Virus record (IMG/VR): IMGVR_UViG_2706795421_000001
Location: 22,247-86,246 of that record
DNA: 64,000 nt
Source of the DNA: a virus
Taxonomy: Duplodnaviria; Heunggongvirae; Uroviricota; Caudoviricetes
Strand: one strand, 5' to 3'
The first letter of the stretch is position 1, and every line of letters begins with the position of its first letter. The notes beneath the pieces were generated by a model. That model saw nothing but the letters and a program-made list of their open reading frames with translations. It had not been told where the DNA came from and searched no databases. The position numbers were made by a program, and so were the translations under genes. Positions 62,455 through 64,000 of this stretch are shown here, piece after piece.

Positions 62455-62673
62455 TGAAAATTCAGATTGGCCAGCATACCCTGGAAATTACAGCCCCGAT
62501 CCGCAACAACCACCTAGCTACAGAGTATTGCAGTGTGTCCTTGAACGGGAAACGTATCTACGGAGGTTTCAACCCTTTTGAAGCCTGGGGACTGTTCGAA
62601 GCCCTGGAGAAAGCCCTACTCACTGTCGAAGCTCAGGCAGCGCCCCTAGAGGAAAGCTTGCATGACTGGTGAT
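62455..62673 (+). CDS. hypothetical protein (72 aa)
   Basis: CAGGAGG sits 6 nt before the ATG at 62455. Confidence 0.45.
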
Positions 62674-62880
62674 CTGAGCAGCCCCTTCGTCCCCTATGCC
62701 TCAGTGCCAGAGCCTATGTTTGAATTCGAATGGTTCGACGTAGGGAATGCCGTCATCGAGCTAGAGCCAGGATGGCTAGTAGGGGTCGGGTTTGGAGTGG
62801 ATAGCTTATTTGTGCTCACCTACGTCGAAAAGGAACCATTCGCCGAGTGGCTGCCCTGGACCCCCAACCTGAGGTCATAG
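62662..62880 (+). CDS. hypothetical protein (72 aa)
   Basis: Overlaps the upstream gene by 12 nt. Last gene before the repeat-dense noncoding region. Confidence 0.45.
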   Translation: MTGDLSSPFVPYASVPEPMFEFEWFDVGNAVIELEPGWLVGVGFGVDSLFVLTYVEKEPFAEWLPWTPNLRS

Positions 62881-64000
62881 ACTCCTATTCGGTGTGACTA
62901 GGTTTCTATTCGGTCGCCATAATAATGACCCTGGGGAGGGTCCTACGGACCGTCACGATAACAGGGGAATTATGGCCATGTTAACAGGGCCTAGAGGCTT
63001 CTACGAAGCCAGTTTAGCCTAGGCAGTACCCTAGGATGGGAATGGCCTTGAAAAGGCCGTATGCGCGCCCCCAGGGGGCCTATCGGGGAGGGAGTGGGCA
63101 AGTGCCCCCTCCCCGTGTCTAAGCCTTACCAACTGGACTCTACGAGTCTATTTCAACAGGCTTCTACGAAGCCATATGATCACCAGGCATAACACCAATC
63201 ATGCGCAGAGCATCCGGGTAGGATGTTCAAGCCATTGGTCCCTCCTCTCTGTCAAGAATTCTGTAACATTCACTAGGTCACGTCGTGACCCATTGTGTAA
63301 CAGTCAGCAGACTGTCATTCGGGCAGGGGCATTTGCCCCCTTCCTGCCCTCCTAAACTGACTGGCTTCGTCGAAGCCTTCCCATGCCACCAGCCCGATTA
63401 TGTAACAGCCTGGCCATGACCATGGCCCATTGTGTAACGGCATTGCATGCCAGGATCACCAGACAGCCTCAGCCAGGGCAATTGTGTAACCATTCCCCAT
63501 CCCAGCAGCAGAATATCCCCAGCCAGGAAGCCCATGACCACCCCCATTGCATCTCAGGTGATCAGCCCCTGGAATACGGCCATTGTGTAACGGAACACAG
63601 GGACACCAATGCCTACCCATGCCCTAGTAGGCTTCTTCGAAGCGAGCTAATGCCGGCGTCTCTCTACCCTAACGGGAAGAGTTCCCCCTTTATTATGGCG
63701 ACCGAATAGAGAATGCCCGGTTCATGCGGCCTGTAGGCCATTACAATGGCCAGCCATGGGAAGGATTGCATTACACAATAGGCTTGCCCTCACCCATGAA
63801 TTGACAGGCCTCTACGAGGCTAGCCAGGCTCAGCTAGTGAGCTTGAGTTACACAATTCATCCTCACATATTGCCCCACTCCCCATGCCACACCCCTGACA
63901 TTCAACCCCATGCCCCAGCTTCAGCAGATACATTTGCTTCGACGAAGCCTGGATATTTCCAGATCATGACGGCGCCTCATGGCCACCCTAGGGTCTTGTT
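62881..64000. repeat. 1.1-kb noncoding region dense in short repeats and palindromes (candidate ori/pac/regulatory hub)
   Basis: No ORF with an RBS. CATTGTGTAAC occurs 4 times forward (63291, 63428, 63480, 63581) and twice reversed (63769, 63848). Six or more GGCTTCnnnGAAGCC palindromes. 14-16 bp palindromes GGTCACGtCGTGACC, GGCCATGacCATGGCC and GGCCATTacAATGGCC. A 20-bp inverted repeat CTATTCGGTCGCCATAATAA (62911) pairs with TTATTATGGCGACCGAATAG (63683). Confidence 0.6.
63084..63115. other. second copy of the nested hairpin (CGGGGAGGG-AGT-GGGCA-AG-TGCCC-C-CCTCCCCG)
   Basis: The 28-nt core is identical to 1029..1056. Outer stem ends differ in a base-pair-preserving way. Confidence 0.6.

Noticed and set aside
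1026-63115. The same hairpin at both ends of the window could mean the window wraps around a circular or terminally redundant genome.
   Set aside because: Only the 28-nt core is shared and the flanks are unrelated, so it is a dispersed motif rather than an assembly wrap-around.
1-64000. Searched for integrase, CI/Cro-like repressor, excisionase, toxin-antitoxin or CRISPR/anti-CRISPR hallmarks.
   Set aside because: No tyrosine or serine recombinase motifs, repressor-like HTH pairs, or other recognisable lysogeny signatures in any frame. The lifestyle is therefore left unassigned.

Overview
The window reads as a near-complete tailed dsDNA phage genome (or phage-like element) with about 55-58% GC. 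Almost every gene is on the + strand; two leftmost genes (1..912) run on the - strand from an AT-rich island with divergent sigma70 promoters. Modules from left to right: (1) a TerS-like gene, low-GC small ORFs, and a tRNA cluster (2503..3267) with Asn, Tyr, Gln and two aberrant tRNA-like elements; (2) a free-standing paralog of the terminase ATPase domain (3377..4201) followed by the true TerL (4781..6199); (3) portal, XkdF-like protein, scaffold and major capsid; (4) a contractile-tail module with a 440-aa sheath-like protein, three tandem tube-like paralogs, a chaperone pair, a 778-aa tape measure and a Mu/P2-type baseplate (hub, V, W, J, I); (5) two tail fibers, one with tandem repeats; (6) a lysis cassette of muramidase-like endolysin, holin and overlapped Rz/Rz1; (7) an accessory block of small membrane proteins that includes an NfeD-like plus SPFH-like lipoprotein pair and a DraRnl-type RNA ligase; (8) a T7-like replication module of gp4-like primase-helicase, family A DNA polymerase, an SSB-like protein, a gp6-like exonuclease, an HNH endonuclease and an HTH-DEDD exonuclease fusion; (9) a nucleotide-metabolism block with a DUF3310-like protein, a ThyX-like protein with a non-canonical motif, and class I RNR NrdA/NrdB; (10) an early-type region (about 53.9..62.9 kb) of small ORFs, each behind a near-identical TTGACA-N16/17-TAGAAT promoter and many followed by hairpin terminators; (11) two iteron arrays with about 31-bp periodicity flanking a small Zn-finger ORF (54.98..55.55 kb), and a 1.1-kb repeat- and palindrome-dense noncoding region (62.88..64.0 kb) that shares a covarying nested hairpin with position 1026..1059. 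No integrase, repressor or CRISPR array was seen. All calls come from reading the sequence and ORF translations by eye. No database search was run, so family assignments rest on recalled motifs.
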